In this document: positions 36,927-51,658 of the stretch, one piece after another
Layout of the letters: each line of letters opens with the position of its first letter
Position numbering within the stretch: position 1 is the stretch's first letter
Assembly: GCA_012295275.1 (NCBI GenBank)
Contig: CM022673.1
Location: 6,200,001 to 6,264,000, forward strand
Source of the DNA: Chrysomallon squamiferum
Lineage: Eukaryota > Animalia > Mollusca
Reading direction: 5' to 3'
Length of the DNA stretch: 64,000 nucleotides
Notes under the pieces: model-generated
Database searches by the model: none
The model's input: only the letters and a program-made list of their open reading frames with translations
Told to the model about the DNA's origin: nothing
Made by a program: the position numbers and the translations under genes

Positions 36927-39797
36927 CTGCAAAACAAGAAGAGGTAAATGTGAATGTTTGAGGACTTGGTCCAAATAAATGTTTTTTTAATGCACCCGTC
37001 TAATACAAATGTTCTGGCTCTGACACCTTTTTGATGATAATTGCCGCTGCTAGTCATGAAATGTCGTCGTCAGTCTCAGAACTTCCTGCTAGGCTAGAAA
37101 TTCTTTGGTTTGTTAGTTGTTGTTTTTTTAAAAGAAAAAAAGAAGAAGAAATCAAATGAGACTTAATGATTTAGAATCTAATAGAAAGAAATGGTCTTCG
37201 GTTTGTTGAAATAACGCCCCTATCGAAATACATCCCTCCCAACAAAAAAGACAATCTAAAAAAAAAATTAAAAAATAAATAAATAAATAAATAAAACGAA
37301 AGAAACAAACTTATAGATTTATAATGGATTATATCAATCTGTAGCACATATCCATTACATGAGTTTGTCTATGAATTACTATCTGATTTATTTCAGTGAT
37401 AAAATTAATTAAATTTGTTTAATAAAAATGATTTATTTTTTCATAATAATAATAAAAAAAACAACCAAAAACACAAATGGTGATATTGTGTTATTTTGTA
37501 CACTATAAAATAAATCAACTTTTTTCTTAACTATGTTTTTTTTTTGTTTTTTTTAAAGTTTCTTTCCTGATGGTGCTCTCACCACTGTTATTATTTTTAT
37601 TTTATTTCATTTTGTAGGGTTTCAGTCCTTTACTTTCTTTCCTTCCATCCTTTCTTCCTATAAAGCTTTCTTAGATGTCTATCTTTCTATTTGTCAGTGT
37701 ATTTGTCTATCTACGTGTCTGTCTGTCTGTTTCTGTCTCCATCTGTATTTATTTCACCCTTCTGTCTGTCTGATCGTCTTCACTTTATTGGTTTGCCTGC
37801 TAATTTTTATGACCGTTATCCACCAATAACTCCGTCCATCTACCTGAATAAATCTCAGTTTTCTTGTATTTCTTTTTCTTATTCCTATCTCTATATATTT
37901 TTTGTTTTTGTTTTTAATTATTATTATTTTTTTTTTCAACGTCAGAATATTACATAAAAAGACATTAGACAGACAAATCTGCTCTAAAATTACAGCAAAA
38001 GCAGCTTCGTGTAAATGGATACCAAACCGTCGTCGTGTTTGGTCTGGCTTTCTGCTAACAAGTATCGTTAACGTTTTTCTTTTTATCTACTTACTGCCAA
38101 TAGCGGCGAATGAACGGCGGTGTTAGGAGAACAACACTCAGCATCGATCGCTGATAAAGCGGCCACCACGCTACTTTAGTCGGTGCGAAGCTAATTGTTA
38201 TTCACAGGGAAAATTGCCATTTGTGAGTCTTTGATTTTCTGACACCAACGGTCATTGTACGGTTGTAAAACAGCGTCCATATGGTTAACCGTTGACCACG
38301 AGTAAACACGAAAAGGTTCAGATGGAGTAGCTTGTGGTTCTTGGAGAAAGCTGCAGCCTGCGTAATTGATGAGCGGATGTAGGGAGAAGTGGGTTTGTTT
38401 GGGGTATTTTTTTTTTTTTTTTTTTCCTCCATGAAGAAGGAGAGATGGGGAGTTACGGAAAGAGAAACAATGAAAAAAGATATGTATTCAGTTAACCTTC
38501 CTTCAAAAATATACATACACAATAAATATTTATATCCATTCATCTTTGTAAGCATACATTCATACTTATATATACACAAACTAGTAATACTAACATTATA
38601 TACACATACACACGCACACATAAACACGCATATGCATACAAAATAAAGTTTCAGAAGATGATTAATTAACCGACTCTTCAGCTAGACACATGAAGTGAAC
38701 AGTGCTGGACCCCTGACAAAGTGAAATGAACTGAATAACAAGAAAAGTGACAAGAAAAGAAGATACCAGAGACAGCCGGACGGACTCGTGTGTAGAAGCT
38801 GAGACTGACAGATACATGGACTAAGATAGTGATCAGGAGAAAGCTGAATTCTCAGAGATAGCAGGTCACTGACAGATGAAATGGAACAGAAACAGATAGA
38901 CCAAGACTCGTCTGATGGAGGTTTTAATACTCTGGCAATTACCAAATAAACAAACTACAGGTCTATATATTATTATCTTAACTTGTATCTAAAACACTGG
39001 TCTGTTTGAGTAATTGAGTGCAGGCGTGTGAAATGTGTAGCAAAACCGTATAAGTAAGTATTAATCACAAGTATTAGGTTGGGAAAAGCAATTTTAGTTT
39101 ACATTGGATAGGAGTGGCTGTTTGTGATATAAGAATATGTCAAGACAATGGCGTAACCCCTACGCTATCATTAAAAAAAAAAAAACAAGACCAAAGATTT
39201 GACAAACCCACTAATGCCAGTTAATGTGACAGACCAATTACTTAACCCCATCACCTTTGCCATGAAAACGGGTCGGTGACTTAATCACAACGCGACCGCA
39301 AGCAAGATAATAATTAAGTTATTTCTGGTTAAAAAGTCTTGATCTCAGACAATGAAAATATCGAGCTGATCCAATCTGTCTGCAAGTTGTAACTGAATGC
39401 ATGTACGTTTCTATTTCAAATCCTTCATTCACTTCATTAGAAGATCACAGCCGAAACGTATCCAATATAATCCGGCAGTCGTTGAAATTAAAGTATTTCC
39501 TCAATGTTTAAAACTTTCAAATTGACAGTTAACAGAACGGAAATGACAGATGCATCATAATGATTTCAATTATTAAGGATTTGACCACAAGTCTACTCCG
39601 TTGGCGTGTCATGGCAAAATGGCCGCCGGCGCTCTGTCTGAGGTAGTATTTACCTTCTCTTTATCTCGTGTTTTAACTAGTTCTCAGATGACAGATACTT
39701 TACGTGAATTATTTCCATTCTGCTAGACTTCCGACAGAAAGACGTTGTTAAAACTACTACAGTTCTATCGGAGAAATCGAACATGTTATATAGCTAG

Positions 39798-39798
<1 letters not shown>

Positions 39799-39848
<50 letters not shown>
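39799..39848. repeat. (CA)n microsatellite
   Basis: Direct reading. Confidence 0.95.
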
Positions 39849-39853
<5 letters not shown>

Positions 39854-41557
39854 AATTAAAATAAAAAAAAATAAAACAAAATAAAATATATTAAAAACAA
39901 AGACAATAAAAATTAGATATAAAAAAGCCAAACAAAACAAAAAAATAACATCAGGTAGAGAAAGAAAATACGTTTCAGGAAAAGAAAATTTAAGAAAAAT
40001 ATGGACAAAATAAACAAGAAGAAAATATAGCAAAAATAATGAAACAAAAATAATAATAATGATAGATAGAAGAAGAGTAGTGATACTAGCAGTAGCAGAG
40101 TAGTAGTAATAGTAGTAATAGCAGTAGTACTAGTTAGACGTAATAGTAGTAGTAGTAATATTATTAATAATTGTAGTTGCAGAGTTAGTACTAGTAGTGT
40201 GGTAGTAGTGGTAGTAATAGTGGTAGTGCTAGTAGTAATAAAATCAGTAGGTGTAGTAGTAGTAGTAGTGTTAGTAACAGGCAGATTCTCGCAAATGAAA
40301 TTATATTTGGTCTAAAACCCCCTTAGCCTCCGTATCACGCTAAACACACGATCGCTCTGTGTTTTGCACCACAGCAAGCACTGCCATCTGTTTCAATTAT
40401 ATCTCACGGAGAGCGAGCCGCCATGTCATCTTTGAGTGGTCTCAGAACAAGGGAATTAATATTCCTTTGATAGCTTTTTCTCCTGTTAATCTGAAAGACT
40501 TGCAAATTCGCCACGTACAGCCTCCAGATGTCAGCACTGGTGACGTTAATTCGATCACACCGCAAGAGTTATGATGTTACAACTGAACAAAACGTAAGAG
40601 TATTACGTGCTGGTGTTATCAGTGGTTAATGGTTAATAAAGTATCGCTAAGAATTTCCTCTGAGTGATTGCAGTTTGATAGTTGCCCTGATTGCTGTAGG
40701 GAAAGGTCTTTAAAAAAAATCAACCTCGTGGGTTTGTTAGATGAGGTTGTGAAAGAAATATTTATAGATTTAAATACGTACCGAGATCATATAATGTATG
40801 CATATATATATTTAAATACATACCATGGTAAAATATATAGATTTTAGTACATACAGGATAAAATATATAACGAATTATAATACATACTTGGATAATTTGC
40901 TGTAGACTTTAAACATATTGTATCACACGATATCGAAACATAACAAAACCAGATATCGTGAATTATATTATTTGAAGCATTCTACAGTTTTCAGTAACTG
41001 TGTCTTAGTACTGAAGAAGTTCAATAAATCAAATCAGGTTATCGATACATACATAAACTTAAGGGACAAAAAAAGCTTGGCTTCTTTAACTGGAGTTTTT
41101 AGAGGGAGGCGAGGGACATTTTTGAACCTTGATCTGTGGATACAAATCATTAATTGTATTGAGTATTGACAGTCTTGTAAAAATTGAAACTGTTTATGCA
41201 AACACGATCCCCATGATCCTTTCCACCCAGTCCTCCCATTGAAAAATCCTGGATAAGAGCAAGAATGATTTTACTGTCATAAGTCATATGTTATCTGAAT
41301 CATACATTATTATATTAGGTAAATCATACATCAGTGTTTTACCTAAACCATACATTAGTGTATTATCTAAATTATATATATATTATCTAAATAATCTAAA
41401 TCGTACATCTATCTAAATTTATATCGAGGTGTATGATTTAGATAATATTTTAGATGAAATGTATTGAGGTGTTGAGAAAACACACAAAGTAATGAATCAT
41501 ACAGACGTTCCAGTGTACAAGTAGCAGATATTCTGATTTACATAACATTAGACAAAA

Positions 41558-41880
41558 GATGAAGTAAATGATGAAGTTAACAAATAAACGATGGTGTTAG
41601 TAGTAGGTGACAGAGTTAGTATGTAAGTGATGAGTTAGTAAATTACGGAATTAAAAGAAGAGATGAAGTTAGCAGGTAAGTGGTGTTGCCAGAAAGTAAG
41701 TGATGAATAGTGTAAGTTATGGAGTTAATAAGTATGAATTTAGGTTAGCATGTACCTGATGAAGTTAAGAAGTAAGCAACGGAGTTAGTAAGGAAGCAAA
41801 TCGGTTAGCAAGCAAGAACTGGATTTAGCAATTAACTGATGCATTTAATAAATAACAGATCATGGAATTAGCAATGATGC
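41558..41880. repeat. Degenerate minisatellite, about 20-bp unit, about 15 copies
   Basis: Consensus about GATGAAGTTAGTAAGTAAGT. Confidence 0.7.
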
Positions 41881-44734
41881 AGAGAACAGATTCAGGATGT
41901 ATGCTATACCAAGGAAACTGAAGTTTGTTATGGCACTGGGATGCTATACAGAACTGTCAGCGATATGCTTTGGTAATCTTACGCTATGATTAAAATGTCA
42001 TGTTGACCCCGATGAAAATGTCAAAGTAAATGAATCTACGCGATCATGTTATTAACAGATTCGTAATCGTATACATTGTCAGTGATTAAAAACAGCTGTG
42101 TCAAAGAAAGACAGATGATGTATCTTTGGGAAAAGAAAAACAACAACAAGAAGACGACGAAAACAAAACACCTCCTACGATTCAAGTGAACTGTCGGCCC
42201 CGTTCAGTGACCTTCTCAACCACACAAGAAAATAGAACTCGCAAAATAACGTGAAAATTTAACATCAGTGGGTACTGACACTGTTTAAATGTCGAATGAA
42301 CTACTACTGCTATTACTAATATTACTGCTACTACTACTATTACTACTACTATTACTACTACTGTTACTACAACTACTGCTACTACTACTACTACATTACA
42401 ACTACTATTAAACAGAGTTCAAGGAACTATATGCGGCAACAACAACAACAACTGGAACTCTATCGCTGTACTTGCAGTAATAACATTTAAGGACTTTCGA
42501 TATTTTCAATATATTCTTGTTTTATTGTTATTGCTAGGGAAGTTTGGAAATAACAGATAATCCATTTCGAAGAGATTTTCGATAAAAAGAATATTGAATC
42601 CTGTGGAGTATTAACTTTTTGGAGTACAAAGCAGATTTTGTTTTTGTTACAAAGTATTAGAGGATTCTCTGTTATGAAAATCTTATTTTGTTTGATTTAC
42701 GTTTTATAAGATGACGACCATTACAAAAACGAAGAAGAAGGAAAAGCAGAAAAATAAGAAGAAGAAGAAGAAGAGAATGATAAATAAAATCAATACTAAT
42801 AAGATGACGAACTAGATTATAACGAGAAAACGAAGACGACAAAATATTCGAAAAAAAAAAGAAGAAAGAAATAAAACTTGGAAAGTGACATTCGGTCAAG
42901 AATAAAAAAACAAAAAATAAAAATAAAAAATAAAAAAATAAAAAATTGACAGTAACTTCGTAATTACTCAGTGATTAATTAAATACTATATGAATGTTAC
43001 AGGTATGGATGTGTGTATGAATTTAAAAATGAAAATTATGTTGTTGGTTTTCTGAGTAAACATATAGACAAGAACCTTTCTCATACTTCAGCAATGTGAA
43101 TCGATTCCTAACATTTTCTTAACAAAAAACACAAATTACTATTTTCTGTTTAAATTAAAACAGTTAAAACACTTCTCCTGTAAACACATTTCTTGAAAAC
43201 AGAACAGAAATAGGTAAAGAAATTATTATTATTATTATTTAAAAATGGTTATGATTCGGCCTAAAATTAACGTAAAATCAATAAACATAATTAGAATGTC
43301 TAAAACGTTTAATATTTATATGACTATATATATTTCATTAGTTGTGAATGTGTATGTCTGTCTGCATGTATATATGTATGTATGTACTTGTGTTAATGTA
43401 TGTGTATGTATGTACTTGTGTTAATTTTGTGTATGTATGTATTCAGTTGTCTCAAACATCTCATTAGATGCTGCATGTGTATATATGTGTGTGTATCGCT
43501 TATGTTTGTATATTTTCGTCTTTTTAAGTTTATATGTACATATGAACGAAGTATTTGCTAAATCTCTTATTTACAGTGTAATTTAACGATAATAGAAAAA
43601 AACGTATCAGTTGTTTTTTGAAAATCAAAAGAGCTCTTCATTCTAAAGTTGTACGTTTTAAAATCTGTTAAGAAAATATTTTATTCTTTTGCAGTTAACG
43701 TTTTAAGACATCTAAAAATTTTCCAGTCATATTTTCTCTCATTATTAATCATTACAAGTAATCTGATAACAGCACATAAATTTGTTTTCTGTTTGGCTGT
43801 AAAACAATTATTCACTCCAAATAATATTTGTCAGTGATTATATTGTTAATATCGTTCAGTAATTACCTACAGTAAAATTAATAATAAAAATAAAAATAGT
43901 ATGAACTAATCCCCTTCATATAAAAATGTTTTTATAGACGTGCTTCCCTTCAGTGGGAAGACTGCGCTTTTAACTCGCGCTTGGCCGTTCGAATAATGTC
44001 CAATTACGTCATAATTAACTCTGTCGTTAATTTCCGGCGCCGGGCCATCTGCTGATTTCCGAACAGTATAATAGAGTTGACAAACAGACAAGAAATTCTG
44101 AAAAACGTTGACAATGATTTACGTCGTGTTGAATGTGTAAAATGTGATGGTGGCGTTGAAGTGGTATTTGCTTTTCGTACGGGTTTTTAGATGGAGTGTC
44201 AACAGGACTGTTTGTTTGAAGTATTGATCCGTGAGTCGTTCGTGTAAGGGTTGTAATTGTACTCGTTTAAAGCCGTTTATTATTTAAATGAAATATCCAT
44301 CTTGTTGGGGAATTAATGGACGTAATATTATACTAGCTCGGATTACATAATGAAAAAAAAAAAAAAAAAAAAAAAAAGAAAGAAAAAAAGAATTTACAAG
44401 AAAGAATGGAATGGAAAAACGAACGATAATACATTGTTTTAATAAGAATAAAGAATAGAAACGTTAAGAGCAGCATTTACTTATACAAAGATACAGAGAC
44501 TAAAAGAAATAAAAATCATATTATACCATTAGCATGAGATAAAAATAGTTATTATACAGTTCATTTACAAGTGCTATCAGTACGACTGTTGTGACGTAAT
44601 ATCGCTTAATAATGTCAGAAACTACTGCTGATGACGTTGCAGAATATATTCCTATATACATATTCTTTATTTCGCGCTTTTTATTTATTATTAAATTATG
44701 GTTTTATTTCAGAAAATACAAAAATTTTCACGAA

Positions 44735-44784
<50 letters not shown>

Positions 44785-45378
44785 AAAATTTTTTTTTTTA
44801 TAATTTTAATATTAATAATAGATTTCCTTCTTTTTCAAGCAGCTTATTTTCATATGAAAAACTAAATAATGACATGTAGTTTGTTTGAAAAGCATGTACT
44901 TGTATGCCAGATGCAAAAAGGACTTTTCAAAGCTTATCACATGTATATATATACACATTACAAACAATTTTAAACAAGAAAATAATTATTAGTGAAAAGT
45001 TTTAACACTAGATTCTTATATGCATGTCCCTATAGACGACAAAAATATATTTAAATATATATATATTATAATTAATTTAATATTTAAAAATATTATTCCA
45101 TTATTTTTGGTTATCTCATAGTGTGTTTGCTGAAAAGATTTACCAGATTAATACGTATTCCATTAGTTTTTAGTAAGTACAGAGCAAATAACTCTGGCAT
45201 ACAGGATTTGTTCTATGGGTTTATCTTTCTAAATGTCATAAAAATACCAACAAAAAATCTAGTCAATAACAGCATGGTTAATGGCGTAAAAAAAAAAACA
45301 TAGGTAAAAATAATAACTAATTATTCTTCCTTTGAATACAGAATTTTGAGTTATTTCTGTGAGTGTAGGTGTCTGTCT

Positions 45379-45382
<4 letters not shown>

Positions 45383-45442
<60 letters not shown>
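45383..45442. repeat. (GT)n microsatellite
   Basis: Direct reading. Confidence 0.95.
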
Positions 45443-45445
<3 letters not shown>

Positions 45446-46991
45446 AAAGCATTTCTAGATACTGATTGTTACATTAGCTTTTTCAAATGTGTTAGGCACA
45501 GTTTTCACTCCATATTTCAACTGTATTTTCAGTCACGCCATAGTGCATTTTTTAGTGCTCATAGGCCATATTTTACAACTTATATATCTTATTTTACATT
45601 TTTTCGAGACCATACGAATATTATTTGTCTACTTAGATAATTTGCCCAATCCTACCATATTATGCAATTTCTCTAGTTATATTTTAGACAAAACAATTTA
45701 TTACTATATATTTTAACTGTTGTTGTTTTTTTTTTTTTTCTAAATAACTAGGCAGAATTCAGATTTTTTCAAATACACGTAGATTGTATCGTCAGTCTTT
45801 TGTTACAGTATGTGTTGAAAAACACGGCACATACAATATGCAAAGTGTACGAAGCAGTTATTGCAGGTTACACACTGTAATGCTTCTTCAGTCTTAATTA
45901 ACAGCATTTCAAACCGCATGCCACGAACACTTCGGCTGGAACCCGTCTTGTAGAGCCAGCCAGCTAGCAGGCAGTTTATGTTAGTTCTAGCAGCGATTCC
46001 AAACAAACTGCACGCACTGAACACACAGACGTTCATAATCTGGCTTTCTCGCGCGGTGTCCCATCCAGCGATCTTTTTTTAACAAAATTGACGCGAAGCG
46101 GATTACCTAACGAGGTCACACGAAATCACAGAACAAACCCGCACCGCAGATTTAAGTCTCGCGAATTACAGCGAGTGCAGTGCAGGGACATTACGTGTAC
46201 GAGTCTCTATTGATTCGTCTCGTAAATAATCCTTCGTGTGTTTATTGCCGCAGCGAAACACCGACTCTTGACAAATTACGTCTTGCAGTGCAAGTCGCAC
46301 ACTGGTTTTGGTAGGCGGGGGGGTGGGGGGTCGGCAATCGCCGGACCAAAACTGACAGGAAGCCAAGTGGAATAGAACCGATTTAGCCTGAATAATCTGT
46401 AAGCGGCGGTCTTCGGTAAAAGCGTATCACATACAAATTGATTGTGACGGCTTGAATACAAGTTTTCTGTTACAAGTCCGATTTGATTAACTTCTCTGCT
46501 GGAAGAAACAAATTGGCGCGGCGGCATGTTTGCTGTCTAACGTCGTAGTGTTGTTGCATTAAGCCCAGAGTTTGATTTCGTTTCTTATATAATTTATTGC
46601 TGTACTTAGTTATGTAGTGATGTAATCGGTTAAACTTGAATTCGCTTCTGTACATTAACAATGCGTCTGGGTCAAATGAGTTGTTATAGTATTAGGCATG
46701 TATCGGCCAAACTTTGCTTCAGATTCTTGTAAACTTTCAACAGTGTATGGCTCAGTTGATTTTGTTACAGTGTTATCGGTGAATCTTTGATTCACTTTCT
46801 TATAATGAGAATACATGATTTACAGTCTTAATATTACATTCAGTTAGGAGACAGAGGGCAGGCTGGTCTCTTTGAATTTCAGTTTATTCTCTGTTCGCAT
46901 TTTTTGGGGCCTCTTAAACTTCCCACAGCTAACGCCCTCGCTATTACTAAATCCAGTTCTAACCATGATAATCAAAGAGTATAGGTTATTT

Positions 46992-47027
<36 letters not shown>

Positions 47028-47419
47028 CTATCTTCTTCTTTTTTTCTTCTTCAAAAAAGTGTGGTAGTGATTGAGAAGTCAGGATACGATTGTCATGCTC
47101 TTTTTCAACTGATACTTGTCAGAAGTGATCCCAGATCTCATCAAGGTTTTAACTCTTTATAACTCGACTGACGCCTACAATGGTGAAACATCCATAACGG
47201 CCGCTAGAGAATTCCTTGCCATTTGTTTTTAACAAATTACAGTTTAAACTGAATTAGCCCAACGGCAGAATTGTATATTTTGTCACCTCGGACCCGGGGT
47301 TGAGCTGTTTGTCATTGTTTATGTCAGAGTTCAGAGGGTTAAGTACGATATTCTTACCATAGTGCCACAATTTATGCCTTCATTAAACTCGTACCATCTT
47401 CACTGTTATAAAAATCATA

Positions 47420-47531
47420 TGATGATTATCATCATTATAATTATTATTATCATCATAAATATCATCACTATCATCATCATTTTTATTATTATATTATTAT
47501 CACCATCATCGTCTAAATCATCATCATCATC

Positions 47532-47600
<69 letters not shown>

Positions 47601-47627
47601 CGTCGTCGTCGTCGTTGTTGTTGTTGT
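47420..47627. repeat. Compound trinucleotide tract (ATC/AAT/TAT/CGT/GTT)
   Basis: Direct reading. Confidence 0.9.
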
Positions 47628-49363
47628 TTCTGTCTCACAGTCAATTCACAGAAAACTCCCACGACGTCTGTATTTGCCGTGTATCGCTTATCGTGCGCCG
47701 CGGTCGTTCGATCGCGTTCTGTGATAACGGGTTTATTTATTCGGCAAATTGAGATAATTCTTTGGTATTAATGAGTTTAAATGTCAGTGTTGATGTGTAA
47801 TGAAATCGAGATTGTTTTAGATTGGGCAATGTGGCAGGTTTTCCCATTCCGGTGTCGTTAACCGCCACTAATAGTCTCCCTTCTGCTCGCGGCTTTGGTG
47901 TCAGGTGTCAGGCAACTGTCGGAGAGGGTGTGAAGTTCCCCGTAAATGAGATCATAAATTTTCAGTCTAGACGTTGAAAGCCTGTTTGGAACTTAACTGT
48001 GTATGGCTGTTTAATTAACAACGGTTCGAGAACATTACCATACGAAAACGTAAATTTCCCCGAGTTAAATACCAATATGGTCTTATCTGAATCAAAACTA
48101 TTTTAGAAAAAAAAAAAAAAAAAATGCATGATGCTACGTAGTTACAAATATCGACAATTTTCTAAATCTACGAGCTTTCTTTCTCTTGTCTCTTCTGTAA
48201 GATTTCCTTATCTGTACTTTGAAGTTGCTTTCTACTTCAAATCAGAACTAGAACAGAATGATTAATAGCTTGTCAGTACTTCAACTCTGCCAGCTCTTGA
48301 AGCAATACTAATGTAGGCCATTAGCGTAAATATTATTCTAGTTACCAGCGAAGTTCAGTAACTCAGTTTTTAATCTCATGTAATGAATCAAACAACTGTG
48401 TTTTTAAATTACAGGCTGTGTGTCTGTCTGCAGAATTAGCAATACATGAGACAATACGACGGGGTTTTGTACATCGATATTTTCACGAAAAGACACAAGA
48501 CATAAACTACGCGTAAATTAAAATTTCCGTAGCAGAAATCGTAACAGGGTTTAAGGAAATGTTGTCATGGGAAGATCAATCAGTTCAAGCACAAAGGAGA
48601 TGTACTCATTAGGAAATAAGCTGCAACTTCAGCAGCAGTAACAGAAATACCATTACCTTGAGAAACACCACAATTTCCAGTCTCCAACAAATTGATCATC
48701 ACTTTCAGTTTCACTTCACTACCACCATCAACACTAATTCTGACATTAATACTGGTACTAATAGTAGTAGGAGTAGTACTAGTTGCAGTAGCAGCAATAA
48801 TAGTAGCAGTAGTAGTAGTAGTAGCAGTTATAGCAGGAGTAATAATAATAATAACAACAGCTGCCAGTTCCTGACCACGAAGATGATGACCACAAAATAA
48901 TTGACGATAATGACAACAGTCATGAAGACGATCACAATAAATAATTAAAAATGTCACAAATTAAAATAATTTACAAAAAAAAAATTAACAGATTATTTAT
49001 TTATTTTAAAATAAGACATAATTAGCAACAGCTGTTTAAATTTTTTTAAATTAATAATTTATTTGTCTGGTTTGTTTTGAACTCCTCGCCTTCACTCTGT
49101 AGTCAGAAAGGCGCGCGTCTTTCCGTCCATCTTTAAAAAAAAGGAAATTACTCTTTGCGCGGTCGCTGATTTAATCTGGTCGCTTCAATTTTTAATTAAG
49201 GCGTCTGGAAGTCGCTGAACTGTCGTGGGATCGTAACAAGACGGTCTCAGGTAGTTCACGTGGACGAAGCGAAAACCGGATGTGATACGCTAGCTCAATT
49301 AAGGGAAGACAACCCAGTATGTTTAGATGGGCGAGAGATAGATACGCAGAAACATATAAATAC

Positions 49364-49366
<3 letters not shown>

Positions 49367-49424
<58 letters not shown>
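49367..49424. repeat. (GA)n microsatellite
   Basis: Direct reading. Confidence 0.95.
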
Positions 49425-49428
<4 letters not shown>

Positions 49429-50919
49429 GAGGATGGTAATGATGACGACGTAGAAACAAGCAGGATTTGGCAGACTACGAGAAAGAAGGACCGAGATAAC
49501 ATTTCCAACGACAACATATGTCTTGTGAATACTATTCATAAAATTAAATTCTTAAAATACTAACAGCTTCTCAAGACGTCTGAATTTCGGATTAATGTAC
49601 TACACAACCTTTAAAAACATGTAACATTTTCATTACACCAAAATTAAAAATATAAACCTAATATGAAGATCATATTTCCGCAGATAAACGATGCTTTCCG
49701 AACGCGTCTCAGTCAATGAACTGAATTAGACGATTTGCTAATTTGATAGTAAAGTAATGGGATATCTTGTTTTCAACAGATGTGTGCATCATGGCAAATA
49801 CCAGTGTCATCTAATGATGGTAAGACTGACAAAATACATGAGATATTTTATAACGAGAAAACTAAGTCTCCATATCAATTTTCAAAAATCTGTATTGAGC
49901 GAGTAGCGATATTTTTTCCTATAATGGTATAAAACAGTATCGAATATCTTTAAATTGGTGTTGCTAAGAATGCTAGTTAGACTGGGCAAATGAAGATATG
50001 ATGTATATAATATCAATCAAACAGGAGCTTTTTTTTTTTTTTTCCAGATTTAGGAACAAAATAAAGTCCAGCATTGCTATTATTTTAAATTTAAACCAAT
50101 AACAATTAAAACAGTTTTTTTTTTTTTTTTTTTTTTCCAGATATTAAAACCACATTCAATTAATTAACCTGTTTCTAACCATCGTCTGCGGTCACGTAAA
50201 CCAAATAACAGACGTCACTTACTAAAACATCGTTTAGTCACTGTGTTTTAGTCAGACGTAATCACATTTACAAACGATCTTAAACCTTCCAAGACTCCCT
50301 ATCTTTAAACGCGACCACGCCAATCAACAAAATAGCGTCTTTGAACAGTTACATTCACATCAATCAAAAAACGGATCCGATGGCTTTAAGTATTTGTAAT
50401 CATATCAACAAAAAAATAAAGGATCTGGTGTCTTTGAAAATTATCACTTAGATCAAATTAGGCTAAGACAAAGTAAAATCAAATATCGTTTTCCACAAAG
50501 TAACAGTAAGGCCGCTTTGTCGTCAATATCTCGACCTTTCAGATGAACGTACAAGAGATAATATTAAACATTATTCCATAGAACTGGGTTCAAGGGTAAT
50601 TAAGGGATTATTTTAATCAGTGTATTCTGACGTTCGGAGCTTTTATTTTCTAATCTTGAATTTGGCCTCTTTCAGTGTTCAGACAGACCAGGACGGATTG
50701 TCTGTGTTAGGTCGTCTGCTGTGTGGTGTTTGAATACGTCGTTACTTTAGGCCATGTTTACCAACAGTGGTCGAGATGTTTGTGACTTAGCGTGGTGTGA
50801 CGCCCAGTTTGTACAAACAAGTCGAATGTGGTTGGTTTTAATTACTTCTCGATTTGTTTTCAGTGCTTACTTGGTCTTGTTTTACTAACTTATTAATATT
50901 AATGATCCTGTTTTATCAA

Positions 50920-51100
50920 GCTGTCAGAGTTACTGAACTTGTTTTGTCTTATTATCGGAGTTACTGAACTTATTTTATATCATTGTCAGTTTTACTGAAC
51001 TTGATTTGCTTCATTGTCAAACTTACCAACTTGTTTTACATCTTTGTCAGAGTTACTGAACTTGGTTTATAACATTGTCGGAGTTATAGTACTTGTATGC
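50920..51100. repeat. Minisatellite, 31-bp unit, about 6 copies
   Basis: Consensus TGTCAGAGTTACTGAACTTGTTTTATNTCAT at 31-nt period. Confidence 0.85.
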
Positions 51101-51561
51101 TTATTAATTATATTAATTGCAGGTTACTGCATAATAAGAACAAACATTTATTTTTTCCATTTACGACCAGAGATCTGCCAACACCATACTCTAAAATAAG
51201 CATTAGTAGCACAGTTTTTACGATTTCAAAGTTTATTTCAGTATTCAAACGTGTCCTTCAAAATTAGTGCAAACATGACTTTTCTTCTTTGCTTCCTTCT
51301 CATTATTTTGTATTTCTGTTTTATTAGTCATGTTCTATTACAGTGACTTAAAATTACCGAATAGTATTAGACAGCATTCCGACTGCGGTGTCGCTGCAGT
51401 CGTGATTAATGTATATGTCTGCTCTAAAGAAAACTGATAGTCTTTTATAGCAACTACGTAAATTACGCTTCATTTTTTGTTTACCCTGTGTATATACATT
51501 TTTTTGTGTGTGTGATAAAAGTCGTATGTTACTAGAGTTGTTCTTTAAATAGTCAGAGTCT

Positions 51562-51566
<5 letters not shown>

Positions 51567-51654
<88 letters not shown>
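51567..51654. repeat. (GA)n microsatellite
   Basis: Direct reading. Confidence 0.95.

Positions 51655-51658
<4 letters not shown>

Noticed and set aside
36074-36978. Plus-strand ORFs overlapping the myomodulin exon
   Set aside because: Antisense shadows of the repetitive, GC-richer coding exon with no independent motif.
48657-48699. Minus-strand MINLLETGNCGVSQG with a good phase-1 donor (CAAG|gtaatg) as the myomodulin first exon
   Set aside because: No hydrophobic core, so it is not a signal peptide, and it sits beside a trinucleotide repeat.
50920-51100. 31-bp periodic repeat superficially like a CRISPR array
   Set aside because: The whole unit is repeated with no unique spacers, there are no cas genes, and the DNA is eukaryotic; it is an ordinary minisatellite.
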